The notes under the pieces are model-generated. The model worked only from the letters and a program-made list of their open reading frames with translations, ran no database searches and was not told the DNA's origin. A DNA stretch of 64,000 bases from Acidobacteriota bacterium (lineage in GTDB: Bacteria > Acidobacteriota > Terriglobia > Terriglobales > Acidobacteriaceae), in contig JAKAXU010000001.1 in NCBI GenBank assembly GCA_021816455.1, positions 141,518 through 205,517 on the forward strand, in the 5' to 3' direction. The stretch's first letter is position 1. Each line of letters begins with the position of its first letter. This document shows positions 9,791 through 19,067 of this stretch, in pieces. A program made the position numbers and the translations under genes.

Positions 9791-10624
9791 TCAACCGCGG
9801 ACGACGGGGTTCACCAGTTCGCCCAGACCATCGATGCGGATGCGAACCTGATCGCCATGCTCAAGCGTGAACTCGTCGCCGGGAACGATGCCGGTGCCGG
9901 TCATCAGGAAGACTCCGTGGGGAAAGATATTGTCGCGAAAGAGATATTCGACCAGTGTTGCAGGGTCGCGCTTCAGTTCGGCAAGCGTAGTTGAACCGGT
10001 GAAAGCCACTTCTCCATTTCGCTCCACTACCAGCTCAATGCAGGCGGTCGGCGGCAACGGCTCGGCGGCAATCCGGATCGACGGTCCGAGCGCGCAACTG
10101 CCTTGATAGACCTTGGCCTGGGGCAGGTAGAGCGGATTCTCACCCTCAATGTCGCGCGAACTCATATCGTTGCCAATGGTGTAGCCGACGATCTCTCCAC
10201 GCGGATTGACGAGCAGCGTCCACTCCGGCTCGGGAACCGACCACTGCGCGTCGCGGCGAATGCGGACCGGCTGCCCCGGACCGGAGACGCGGCTGGCAGT
10301 CGCCTTGAAAAAAAGCTCCGGCCTCTCGGCGGAGTAGACGCGATCATAGAAGCTGCCGCCGCCTGCGTCGCGCGACTCTTCCATGCGCGCATCGCGGCTG
10401 CGGTAGTAGGTGACTCCGGCAGCCCAGACCTCCTGGTTTTCAATCGGGGCCAGCAGGTCTTCCGGAGCAATCTGCTCGGCGACGCTTCCCTGCCCCACAA
10501 TTTCCTTCAGATAGCCGGTGAGATCGTCGAGGCGCAGAAGCGCATCGAGGCCGGGTTCGGGAACCGGGTAGACTTGGTTCTCGACGGTGAGGAAGAGACC
10601 TTTACGAGTATTCCAGAGTTTCAT
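9791..10624 (-). CDS. FAH-family protein, probable 2-keto-3-deoxy-xylonate dehydratase (XylX/KdxD-like)
   Basis: [40 protein letters not shown]; overlaps the dehydratase gene by 4 nt. Confidence 0.85.
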   Translation of the reverse strand: MKLWNTRKGLFLTVENQVYPVPEPGLDALLRLDDLTGYLKEIVGQGSVAEQIAPEDLLAPIENQEVWAAGVTYYRSRDARMEESRDAGGGSFYDRVYSAERPELFFKATASRVSGPGQPVRIRRDAQWSVPEPEWTLLVNPRGEIVGYTIGNDMSSRDIEGENPLYLPQAKVYQGSCALGPSIRIAAEPLPPTACIELVVERNGEVAFTGSTTLAELKRDPATLVEYLFRDNIFPHGVFLMTGTGIVPGDEFTLEHGDQVRIRIDGLGELVNPVVRG

Positions 10625-12624
10625 GACTGTCCTTTCGCGGAGGGCAATGATCGGTTGGAAGGGCCGTTTGTGGAGATGAGCCGCGCGGCGATGGCGTCAG
10701 CATCGTAAACACAGCCCCCCCAGACGCCGCCGGAGGCGGTGACCAGCGCGGCCCAGAGGCGGGTGTCGTCCGGGAGCTGCGGATGTGGCTTCAGATCGGG
10801 TCTGGGCGCTCGCGCGGCAAGCTGCGTCGCGCCGCGGGCTATCGCGTCCGCCTCGCCGCCCTCCGGCGTGAAATCGACTGAGCCGGTGAGTCGGTTTCGG
10901 TCGATGACGATGCGGATCGTGTCACCATCGAGGACGCGTCCGATGGGGCCGTCGGCGAGCGCTTCCGGGCTGATGTGGCCGATGCAGGCTCCAGTGGAGA
11001 CGCCGCTGAAGCGCGCATCGGTAAGGACGGCGACGTGTCGACAGTGGGGCAACTGACGCAATGCCGAGGTGATCTGATAAATCTCCTGCATACCCGCGCC
11101 GAGTGGACCGCCGCAGATGAGGACGATGACGTCACCACTGCCGATCCGACCGGACTTGATGGCTTGGATCGCCGCCTCCTCGGTGACGAAGACGCGCGCC
11201 GGACCGGTGTGCCGATAGACGTTATCGGGGCCTATCAGCGAGGGATCGATGGCGGTGCACTTGATGACCGAGCCGTGCGGAGCAAGATTTCCAGAGGGGA
11301 AACAGACGGTGGAACTGAGGCCGGCAGCGCGCGCCGCCGTCGGGGAGTGAATGACTTCGTCGGGATCAATGCCGTCGAGGTCGCGCAGGCGCTGACGAAA
11401 GACGACCCGACGCCTGCACTCGCGCCACCAGTCGAGTGTCTGGTCAAGCGTAATACCGGCAACGGTGCGGGCGGAGGTGTCCAGCAGGCCGGCAGCGCGC
11501 AGGTGGAGCATGACCTCCGGCACTCCGCCGGCCAGGAAGACCTGCACGGTGGCAAAGCTGCGTGGGCCGTTGGGAAGCGCATCCACCAGGCGCGGAACCG
11601 AGCGGTTGACCTCGGCCCAGTCTTCGGCTGTGGGCCGCGCCAGTCCGGCGGAAAAGGCGATTGCCGGAAGATGCAGCAGGAGATTGGTGGAGCCGCCGAA
11701 GGCCGCATGCACCACCATCGCATTGCGGACGGAGGCGTCCGTGAGGATATGCCGCATGCCGACGCCGTCCTGATGCATGCGCATGAGGGCCAGAGCCGAG
11801 CGCGACGCCGCATCCAGCCAGACTGGCTGACCGGAAGGAGCGAGCGCGGAGTGCGGCAGCGACATGCCGAGCGCCTCGGCAACGACCTGTGCCGTTGCCG
11901 CCGTCCCCAGAAACTGACAGCCGCCCCCGGGTGTGGCGCAGGCGCGGCATCCCGCCTCGGCAGCAGCTTCCAGGGTGATCTGCCCCTGGGCGAAACGCGC
12001 CCCGATGGTCTGCACCTTGCCCGCGTCTTCGCCGGACTCCGGCAGGAGTGTGACGCCGCCGGGGACGAGAATCGCCGGATACTCGCCGCTGGCGGCCAAA
12101 GCCATCATCATGGCGGGCAACCCCTTGTCGCAGGTGGCCACACCCAGACCCCCCCTGCGCGTGGGAAGCGAGCGCATGAGGCGGCGCAGCACCATCGCGG
12201 CGTCATTGCGAAATGGCAGCGAGTCGAACATCCCGGTGGTGCCCTGCGTACGTCCGTCACAGGGATCGGTGCAGGCGGCGGCATAGGGAATGGCGCGGTT
12301 GCTGCGCAGGGTTCGCGCGGCTTCGGCGACCAGCAGACCCACCTCCCAGTGTCCTGTGTGAAGGCCCAGAGCGATGGGTTCGCCGCTCTCCGCGCGAAGG
12401 CCGCCGTGGGTGCTGAGAATCAGAAATTCAGGGTCGAGCAGGCGGGACGGCTCCCATCCCATTCCCGCGCCCTGGCTGAGTCCGAAGAGATTGCCTGAGG
12501 GCTGGGTGAGCAGCATCTCCGGCGAGATCGGCAAGGCTCCGCGCGGGCCGACGGCGTGGGTGGCAATCTGCAAATCGATTGCCGGAGACGAGTCCAGGAT
12601 GGACCCGATGGAGATGGAAGTCAC
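10621..12624 (-). CDS. YjhG/YagF-family D-xylonate dehydratase (IlvD/Edd superfamily)
   Basis: [47 protein letters not shown]. Confidence 0.92.
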   Translation of the reverse strand: MTSISIGSILDSSPAIDLQIATHAVGPRGALPISPEMLLTQPSGNLFGLSQGAGMGWEPSRLLDPEFLILSTHGGLRAESGEPIALGLHTGHWEVGLLVAEAARTLRSNRAIPYAAACTDPCDGRTQGTTGMFDSLPFRNDAAMVLRRLMRSLPTRRGGLGVATCDKGLPAMMMALAASGEYPAILVPGGVTLLPESGEDAGKVQTIGARFAQGQITLEAAAEAGCRACATPGGGCQFLGTAATAQVVAEALGMSLPHSALAPSGQPVWLDAASRSALALMRMHQDGVGMRHILTDASVRNAMVVHAAFGGSTNLLLHLPAIAFSAGLARPTAEDWAEVNRSVPRLVDALPNGPRSFATVQVFLAGGVPEVMLHLRAAGLLDTSARTVAGITLDQTLDWWRECRRRVVFRQRLRDLDGIDPDEVIHSPTAARAAGLSSTVCFPSGNLAPHGSVIKCTAIDPSLIGPDNVYRHTGPARVFVTEEAAIQAIKSGRIGSGDVIVLICGGPLGAGMQEIYQITSALRQLPHCRHVAVLTDARFSGVSTGACIGHISPEALADGPIGRVLDGDTIRIVIDRNRLTGSVDFTPEGGEADAIARGATQLAARAPRPDLKPHPQLPDDTRLWAALVTASGGVWGGCVYDADAIAARLISTNGPSNRSLPSAKGQS

Positions 12625-12762
12625 GCGCGAAGGCTCCGAGACTGGTGAATAATAGCAACGGAAAAATTCCGTCGGAATGATTGTAGCCGGGGAGCGGGTG
12701 AAGGTGCAGCCGACGAAGCACGTCGCCGGCTGGTATCAGCACAGAAGATGCATCCGCACGAC

Positions 12763-12942
12763 TCAGTGGCCGTCGCCGTCACCATCGTGCGCCAAAGATG
12801 CGCGGCCTGCTTCGCTGATGGAAGCAGTATCCTGCTGCAACATGGCATTCTGGCTCTGCTGCTGCGCAGCTGCCACGCTGGCCTGGACGACCTGCGCAGT
12901 CTGCGTGGCTTGAGTTACGGCTCCTATTGCTGCGATACTCAT
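12763..12942 (-). CDS. 59-aa Ala/Gln-rich hypothetical protein
   Basis: Strong SD AAAGGAG before ATG 12942; sigma28-like promoter upstream; ends DTASISEAGRASLAHDGDGDGH. Confidence 0.7.
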   Translation of the reverse strand: MSIAAIGAVTQATQTAQVVQASVAAAQQQSQNAMLQQDTASISEAGRASLAHDGDGDGH

Positions 12943-12965
12943 GGCAGTACTCCTTTCTGCTATCG

Positions 12966-12993
12966 TTTTCGGCAAGGCTTGGTGGGTCCGTGA
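12966..12993 (-). promoter_or_regulatory. Candidate sigma28 (FliA) promoter
   Basis: TCACG-N15-GCCGAAAA versus consensus TAAA-N15-GCCGATAA; -35 imperfect. Confidence 0.55.
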
Positions 12994-13173
12994 GCGTGGA
13001 GGCAAACTATGACAAACTCTTCATGGGATCATGCCACGACACGGAAAGGCTTTTCGGACTTCGTCTCCTGGCAGGATTTGGCGGCAAAACGCAATGACTC
13101 TTTTTCTTAGACACTACTGCGGAATGCAGGCTGTTTCCGCTTTGCTCGCAAGGTGACCCGGAGGGTCTCCGGT

Positions 13174-14634
13174 ATGCCCGTCAATCTTCCCCCGTCGGTG
13201 ATTCCAGAAACTCCCTCGCCCATGCATGAAATTGCCGCGGCAATCGATCGAGTCGCGCCTTTGCAGGGGCTGAGCTGCGCCGAGCGCGAGTGGCTGGCAC
13301 AGAGAGGAACTGAAATCCGTCTGCATGCGGGCGAGATTTTATTTGAAGAAGGCCAGTCCGCCGAGCAGATGATCCTGATCCTCAAGGGCGAAATTCACGT
13401 CCGCAGGCATCGCACCGGGCCGATGGCGCTGTTTATCGGTCGGGCCGGTCAGATGACGGGCCTGCTTCCCTTCTCGCGCATGACCAGCTATGGCGGACAG
13501 GGATTTGCCGTGCAGGATGTGTGGGCGCTGCTCTTTCACCGGTCGCTGTTTCCAGAGATCCTGCAGACCATCCCCAGTTTCGGCCAGCGCGTTGTGAATA
13601 CTCTGCTGGATCGCGTTCGGGAGGTGACGCGCATCGAGCAGCAAAGCGAAAAGCTGACGGCGCTGGGCAAGCTGGCGGGCAATCTGGCGCACGAGCTGAA
13701 CAATCCCTCGGCTGCAGCCCAGCGCGCCGCAAGCGGCATTCTGGGCGAATTGCGGCACTTCGCCGATGGACGCTACGCGCTGGTGGCGCTGTGCCTGAGC
13801 GAGCAGCAGGTGCTGGCCGTGCAGGAATGGGAGCGACAGGCGCGCGCGCGCACCGTGGACTCACAGAACGAGACGCAATCCGGAACTGCGGATCGCGAAG
13901 ACGCAATCCTGCGCTGGCTGGGCGAGCAGAGGATTGAGGAAGGATGGCGCATTGCTCCGGAACTGGCGGAACTGGGCGTGACGCTCGAAGACCTCCGGTT
14001 ACTGCCCGAGTTTCTGAACCGAGATGCGATGCAGGTCGTGCTCAACCAGTTCGCATCCTCCCTGCGCGCCGAACACTTCGCGCAGGCGATGCTGCACTCC
14101 TCGGAACGCATCTTCGATCTGATCAGCGCCATCAAGAGCTACTCGTACATGGATCGCGCACCGATTCTGGAAGTGGACGTGCCGGAAGGCATCGAAGCAA
14201 CGCTGCGTATGCTGCAATCGCGCATCGGAGATGTACAGGTGGAGCGTGACTTCGAAAGCGACCTGCCGACGATCAGCGCCTATGGGAGCGAGCTGAACCA
14301 GGTGTGGACCGCGCTGATTGAGAATGCTCTGGAGGCGATGCAGCAGGTGAAGCGTGAGGGCTACCAGCCGAAGCTGCGCCTGAGCTGCCGCAAGGAAGCG
14401 GATATGCTCCTGGTCGAGGTGTGGGACAACGGGCCGGGGATTTCGACGGCGCTCCAGGATCGCGTCTTCGAGCCGTTCTACACGACCAAAGCGCCCGGCC
14501 ACGGGCTTGGGCTGGGACTGGACAATGCCATGCGCATCGTGCGCAAGCATCGCGGCCACCTGAGCGTGCGCTCCGAGCCTGGCGCAACGAGCTTTCGCGT
14601 ACGCCTGCCGCTGAACCAGCTTCAGGCTTACTGA
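13174..14634 (+). CDS. Soluble histidine kinase with N-terminal cNMP-binding-like domain
   Basis: LFEEG/ILKGEI cNMP-like region, H-box LAHELNNP, ELNQVWTALIENA, DNGPG, FEPFYTTK, GLGLGL; no obvious TM segment. Confidence 0.92.
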   Translation: MPVNLPPSVIPETPSPMHEIAAAIDRVAPLQGLSCAEREWLAQRGTEIRLHAGEILFEEGQSAEQMILILKGEIHVRRHRTGPMALFIGRAGQMTGLLPFSRMTSYGGQGFAVQDVWALLFHRSLFPEILQTIPSFGQRVVNTLLDRVREVTRIEQQSEKLTALGKLAGNLAHELNNPSAAAQRAASGILGELRHFADGRYALVALCLSEQQVLAVQEWERQARARTVDSQNETQSGTADREDAILRWLGEQRIEEGWRIAPELAELGVTLEDLRLLPEFLNRDAMQVVLNQFASSLRAEHFAQAMLHSSERIFDLISAIKSYSYMDRAPILEVDVPEGIEATLRMLQSRIGDVQVERDFESDLPTISAYGSELNQVWTALIENALEAMQQVKREGYQPKLRLSCRKEADMLLVEVWDNGPGISTALQDRVFEPFYTTKAPGHGLGLGLDNAMRIVRKHRGHLSVRSEPGATSFRVRLPLNQLQAY

Positions 14635-14642
14635 TCCGACGC

Positions 14643-14698
14643 AAAAGAAAACGCCTGCCGCAATCCGGATGACTTCGGGACCACGGCAGGCGTTCTTT
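14643..14698. terminator. Bidirectional intrinsic terminator
   Basis: AAAAGAA-AACGCCTGCCG...CGGCAGGCGTT-CTTT between convergent genes. Confidence 0.75.
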
Positions 14699-14713
14699 CC
14701 CACACGGCGGAGG

Positions 14714-17575
14714 CTACTGGCTGACTCCGGTTGAGGCCACCGGATCGCCGCTGGTATCGCGCAGTTCAATCGGGCCAAGGTTGGCTTTCTGCAACTGTGG
14801 CTCGATCTTTGCCCGATCTCCGACCGCCAGCACGATCAGGTTGTCCGGATGCACATACTGCTGGGCGGCGCGGGCCACATCCTGCGGAGTGACCGCTGAG
14901 AAACGCGCAGGCAGCGTGGCAAAGTAATCCTGCGGCAGATTGTAGACAAACAGCTCCGCCATCAGGCCGGATTCGCTATTGACCGTCTCGAAGTTACCCG
15001 GCAGCGAACGGAGCGCGTTGTCTTTCGCCAGAGTCAGTTCGGCGACGCTCGGCGGATCGGTGCGAATGCGATTCAACTCCGCGAAGAGTTGCGTTGCCGC
15101 CGGACCGGTGACGTCGGTGCGCACCTGAGCGCCAGCATAGAACGGCCCACCATCGCGATCGAAGAAAAATCCCGAGAAAGCACCGTAGGTGTAGCCGTGC
15201 TGTTCGCGAAGATTCATGTTGATGCGACTGGAGAAGAGCCCGCCGAGCACGCTGTTCATCTCGACAATCGCAGGATGATCTGGCGTGTTGCGTGGAACAC
15301 CCAGACCGAGCGCAAAGAGCGTCGTCTGCGGCGAACCGGGCTTATCGACGATCACAACTTTCCTCTGCGGCGCGGCAGGCGGGGGCGGAAGCTGGACCGG
15401 CTTTGCCGAGACAGACGGATTTGTCCAGGAGCCAAAGTACTTCTGCGCCAGTGTGTGGGCCTGCGCCAGCGTGAGGTCACCGGCCAGCACCAGCGCCGAG
15501 TCCTGCGGCGCGTAGTGCGCAGTCCAGAAGGAGGATATCTCCTGCTGCGTCGTGGCCTTCACGGAGTCCATAGTGCCCACCGGCTGGAAACCATAGGGCT
15601 GGTCGCCGTAGAGCAGCTTCGATCCGACGCGCAGCATCGAAGCGATCGGCTGATCCGACTCCTGCAGAATCGCGATCATGCGCTGTTTGCGAACGCGCTC
15701 GACCTCCGTGGAGGCAAAGGCCGGATGCAGAGCGACGTCCGAGAGAATCTCCATTGCCGCGCCGGTGTTGTTGGTGAGCGCACCGATGCTGACGCCAGCC
15801 GAATCCATCCCAGCCGTGGAACCGATGCTTGCGCCAATCTGCGCCACGTCATCCGCAAGCTGCGTGGCGGAGCGGGTTCTGGTGCCCTGCGTCAGCATGC
15901 TGGCCGTGAACGAAGCCAGACCGGGTCGCGTAGTCGGATTGTCTTCTCCTCCGGCGCGCGTGACCAGATTTGCGCTGAGCACGGGTAGTTCGTGTTCCTG
16001 GATGAGGTAGACACGGAGACCGTTGGAGAGAGTGAAAGACTCCGAAGACGGCAGATGCAGCTTCGACTCCGGACCGGGCTTCGGGGGGTCTTTGCGCCAT
16101 GCCTGCGAGGCCTCAAACGCCTGCGAATACGGAGGCGTTACGACTGTATGCAGGTCAGTGTCGGCAGGGCTGCGGGGAACGTCGTCGGTCACTTTCTTGC
16201 CCGGAACGCACTCAACCACCACGCGCTGGTTATCGCCGAAGTACTTGACGGCAGCCTGCTGAACGCTGCTCGTGGTCAGCGCCTCATAACCGGCAACGTC
16301 TTTGGCCAGGTAGCCGGGGTCGTGCTCGTACTGGTTGTAGCGGTCCATCATATCCGCCACTCCGCCAAAGCCGCCCAGACGCTGGAGTCCTTCGATCATG
16401 CCGGTCAGCGTCTTGTTGCGCGCGCGGTCCAGTTCGGCCTGTGTGGGGCCGTCTTTGCGCAGGCTGGCGATCTCTTCGTCCACCTTCGCCTGAATGTCAG
16501 CAAGCTTCACGCCAGGACGCGCGATGATGTCGCACTGCGCCATCGAGACGATCATCACCTGCTCATCCGAACAACTGACGCTCTGCGCGACCTGATCCTT
16601 ATAGACCAGGCGCTGGTAGAGGCGACTGACTTTACCGCCTCCCAGAATGTCGAGAAATATCTCCGAGGCGCGATCGCCGGGCGTGAAGGCCGCGGGCGCA
16701 AGCCAGCCAAGACTCAGGCGCGGAAGCTGCACCGTGTCCGTGATGACCTCGCGGCGTTCGGTGGTGATGGGCGGCGTGACGACGTGCACCGGCGCAACCG
16801 CCGGGCCGCGCGGAATGGGGCCGAAGTATCTTGCGATCTGCGCCTTGACATCGGCCGTGTTGAAGTCGCCGACGATGGCGATGCTGGCGTTGTTCGGCGT
16901 GTAGTACTCGTGGAAAAACTCGCGCACGTCGTTCAGGCGCGCCGCCTCAACGTCGGCGTGCGAGCCGATCACGTTGCCGTAGTAGGGATGTGTCTTCGGA
17001 AACAGCAGATGACCAACCGCTTCGTCGGCAATATCGTAAGGCTGCCCTTCATCCTGGCGCAGCTCGTTGCGCACTACGTCGCGCTGATTGGTCAGCTTGG
17101 TGCGGTCAAGCGTCTCCAGCAGAAAACCCATGCGGTCGCTTTCCAGCCACAAGGCCAGATCGAGCTGATTACTGGGCACTGTCTCAAAGTAGTTGGTGCG
17201 GTCGTAACTGGTGGTTCCGTTGATGTCCGTCGCACCGGCACCCTCCAGATAGCGAAAGTGGGCCTTTTCGCCAACATGCTCGGAGCCTTCGAACATCATG
17301 TGCTCGAAGAGATGAGCAAAGCCCGTCCGTCCCGAGCGCTCATTGGCCGGGCCGACGTGGTACCAGAGATCGACGGCGACCAGCGGCAGGCGATGATCCT
17401 CGCGCAGAATCACTTCCAGTCCGTTCGGAAGCGTATATTTCTCATACTTCAGGTCGGGCACCTTCAACGGAGCCGCAGCAACGGCCGGCAAAGCCAGACA
17501 ACCGGCCAGCAGAGCGGCAAATACAGCCTTACCGCTGGAAAAATGTCCAGCGAAACAAGCATGGAATCGATTCAT
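14714..17575 (-). CDS. Exported M16-family zinc protease (two-half, PqqL-like)
   Basis: Signal peptide; HLFEH inverted zincin motif; second half lacks it but has LREQHGYTYG. Confidence 0.93.
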   Translation of the reverse strand: MNRFHACFAGHFSSGKAVFAALLAGCLALPAVAAAPLKVPDLKYEKYTLPNGLEVILREDHRLPLVAVDLWYHVGPANERSGRTGFAHLFEHMMFEGSEHVGEKAHFRYLEGAGATDINGTTSYDRTNYFETVPSNQLDLALWLESDRMGFLLETLDRTKLTNQRDVVRNELRQDEGQPYDIADEAVGHLLFPKTHPYYGNVIGSHADVEAARLNDVREFFHEYYTPNNASIAIVGDFNTADVKAQIARYFGPIPRGPAVAPVHVVTPPITTERREVITDTVQLPRLSLGWLAPAAFTPGDRASEIFLDILGGGKVSRLYQRLVYKDQVAQSVSCSDEQVMIVSMAQCDIIARPGVKLADIQAKVDEEIASLRKDGPTQAELDRARNKTLTGMIEGLQRLGGFGGVADMMDRYNQYEHDPGYLAKDVAGYEALTTSSVQQAAVKYFGDNQRVVVECVPGKKVTDDVPRSPADTDLHTVVTPPYSQAFEASQAWRKDPPKPGPESKLHLPSSESFTLSNGLRVYLIQEHELPVLSANLVTRAGGEDNPTTRPGLASFTASMLTQGTRTRSATQLADDVAQIGASIGSTAGMDSAGVSIGALTNNTGAAMEILSDVALHPAFASTEVERVRKQRMIAILQESDQPIASMLRVGSKLLYGDQPYGFQPVGTMDSVKATTQQEISSFWTAHYAPQDSALVLAGDLTLAQAHTLAQKYFGSWTNPSVSAKPVQLPPPPAAPQRKVVIVDKPGSPQTTLFALGLGVPRNTPDHPAIVEMNSVLGGLFSSRINMNLREQHGYTYGAFSGFFFDRDGGPFYAGAQVRTDVTGPAATQLFAELNRIRTDPPSVAELTLAKDNALRSLPGNFETVNSESGLMAELFVYNLPQDYFATLPARFSAVTPQDVARAAQQYVHPDNLIVLAVGDRAKIEPQLQKANLGPIELRDTSGDPVASTGVSQ

Positions 17576-17692
17576 CTTGAGTCTCCAGAGAAAGCATCAG
17601 CGGGATAGGAAAAGATCACACCGCTTCTCAGCATATACGTACAGAACGGAAGGACCGTTCCACGGAGAAACGGTCGGGCTGAAAAACCGCTG

Positions 17693-17977
17693 CTACTTTT
17701 CCACCTCGACGCCGCGCCAGAAAGCGACGTGGTTCTTGATCTTGCGCGCCGCCGGCTTAGGGTCCGGATAATACCAGGCCGCATCCAGATTTTCCTGGTC
17801 GCCCCAGACCAGGGTGTAATAGCGCGCCTGCCCTTTCCACGGGCAAGTGGAAGTGGTGGAACTGGGACGGAAAAATTCGCGTTTCAGGGCGGATTCAGGG
17901 AAGTAAATGTTGCCCTCGACGACTTCAAACTGATCGCTTTCCGCGATAACAAGACCATTCCAGACAGCTTTAGCCAT
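17693..17977 (-). CDS. DUF427-family protein
   Basis: IAES, VEGNIYFP, CPWKG, AAWYYPDPK, HVAFW. Confidence 0.9.
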   Translation of the reverse strand: MAKAVWNGLVIAESDQFEVVEGNIYFPESALKREFFRPSSTTSTCPWKGQARYYTLVWGDQENLDAAWYYPDPKPAARKIKNHVAFWRGVEVEK

Positions 17978-18016
17978 GACGATCGATGCACCTTGCTTAT
18001 GGTATTCATACGATAC

Positions 18017-18061
18017 CAGCCTGTCGGCGTGTCCGCGACAGCGGACACGCCCGGCAGGCTG
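18017..18061. terminator. Long GC-rich hairpin between two minus-strand genes
   Basis: CAGCCTGTC-GGCGTGTCCGC-GACA-GCGGACACGCC-CGGCAGGCTG; no U-tract on either strand. Confidence 0.45.
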
Positions 18062-18095
18062 TGAAGCAGTGAAACGAATGGGCTATGCCGGAGGC

Positions 18096-18419
18096 TCAGG
18101 CCACCGGCTTGACGCTGGTGATGTGTACGCTCTTCTTGGCCGCATCGACGGTACCGGTGATCGTCACATGATCGCCGTAAACGCTCTTGACGGCTTCCGG
18201 ATTGTCGATCGCCCAGACCATCTTCTTGGCGTCATCGACGAAGACCGGCTTTTCGCCCATGCTAATGCACTTCTTGGCGCAGGCCGCAGCAGGCCCCGTA
18301 TGCTTGGCGCCGCACATTGCATCGGAGATAAATCCGGTGATTTTGGTGGTGCCCGCGGCGAATGCTGCAACGGACGTCATCGACGCGACGGAGAGAGTGA
18401 GTGCAAGAATACGCTTCAT
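18096..18419 (-). CDS. Small exported protein with Cys/His motif
   Basis: Signal peptide MKRILALT...AFA; ISDAMCGAKH and CAKKC. Confidence 0.8.
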   Translation of the reverse strand: MKRILALTLSVASMTSVAAFAAGTTKITGFISDAMCGAKHTGPAAACAKKCISMGEKPVFVDDAKKMVWAIDNPEAVKSVYGDHVTITGTVDAAKKSVHITSVKPVA

Positions 18420-18554
18420 GAAGAATTTTCCTTTGCTGTTCAAACTGGATTCAGGGCCGCAATCGCCGGATGCGCAGCGACACGCTAATCATGCTCCCGG
18501 CAGACCCGGTTTGGCAAGCACCGGCACCGGACGATTCCGGCCAGGTCAAAAACC

Positions 18555-18998
18555 TCAAGCCTTTTTTCGCGCCTCGCGCAAGTGGGCAATATTTTTCTTC
18601 ATGGCCTCGAACATAGTCGAAGCCGCCGGATATATCTCCACCAGTTTCAGCACTTTGCCCATGTAAGTGGGCCGCTGAGCATGAATCTCCGGCAGAATGT
18701 GGGCCAGCTTCGCGGCGTAAAAGAACGGCTCTCCGTTGGTGTCCAGAAACAGATCCGCTGAAACGGCGCCGTGCAACACCAAGGCCGCCGCCATCTCCCA
18801 GTAGCTGACCACCTGACGCAGATACGCGTTGCGCTGCGAGCCGAATTCGTTCAGGACGACGAAGAACTCCGCGGCTGTCTCCGGCCAGAACTCCGCCAGA
18901 AACCAGGCGCGGGCCTGGCGCATGACGGCCTCTGTGCGCAGCTCATACAGCTTCAGAATTAACTCGGCATCGGCGTGCGAAGCCAGGGCTTTTTCCAT
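18555..18998 (-). CDS. Hypothetical helical protein downstream of topA
   Basis: SD GGAGGAG before MEKALASHADAELILKLYELR; normal codon use; function not recognised. Confidence 0.75.
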   Translation of the reverse strand: MEKALASHADAELILKLYELRTEAVMRQARAWFLAEFWPETAAEFFVVLNEFGSQRNAYLRQVVSYWEMAAALVLHGAVSADLFLDTNGEPFFYAAKLAHILPEIHAQRPTYMGKVLKLVEIYPAASTMFEAMKKNIAHLREARKKA

Positions 18999-19067
18999 GA
19001 CATCTCCTCCAGAAATTCTTTCCGTCTGTCTTTCCATCTGTGAAGCGTTGGTCCACCGGAGCGCGGC

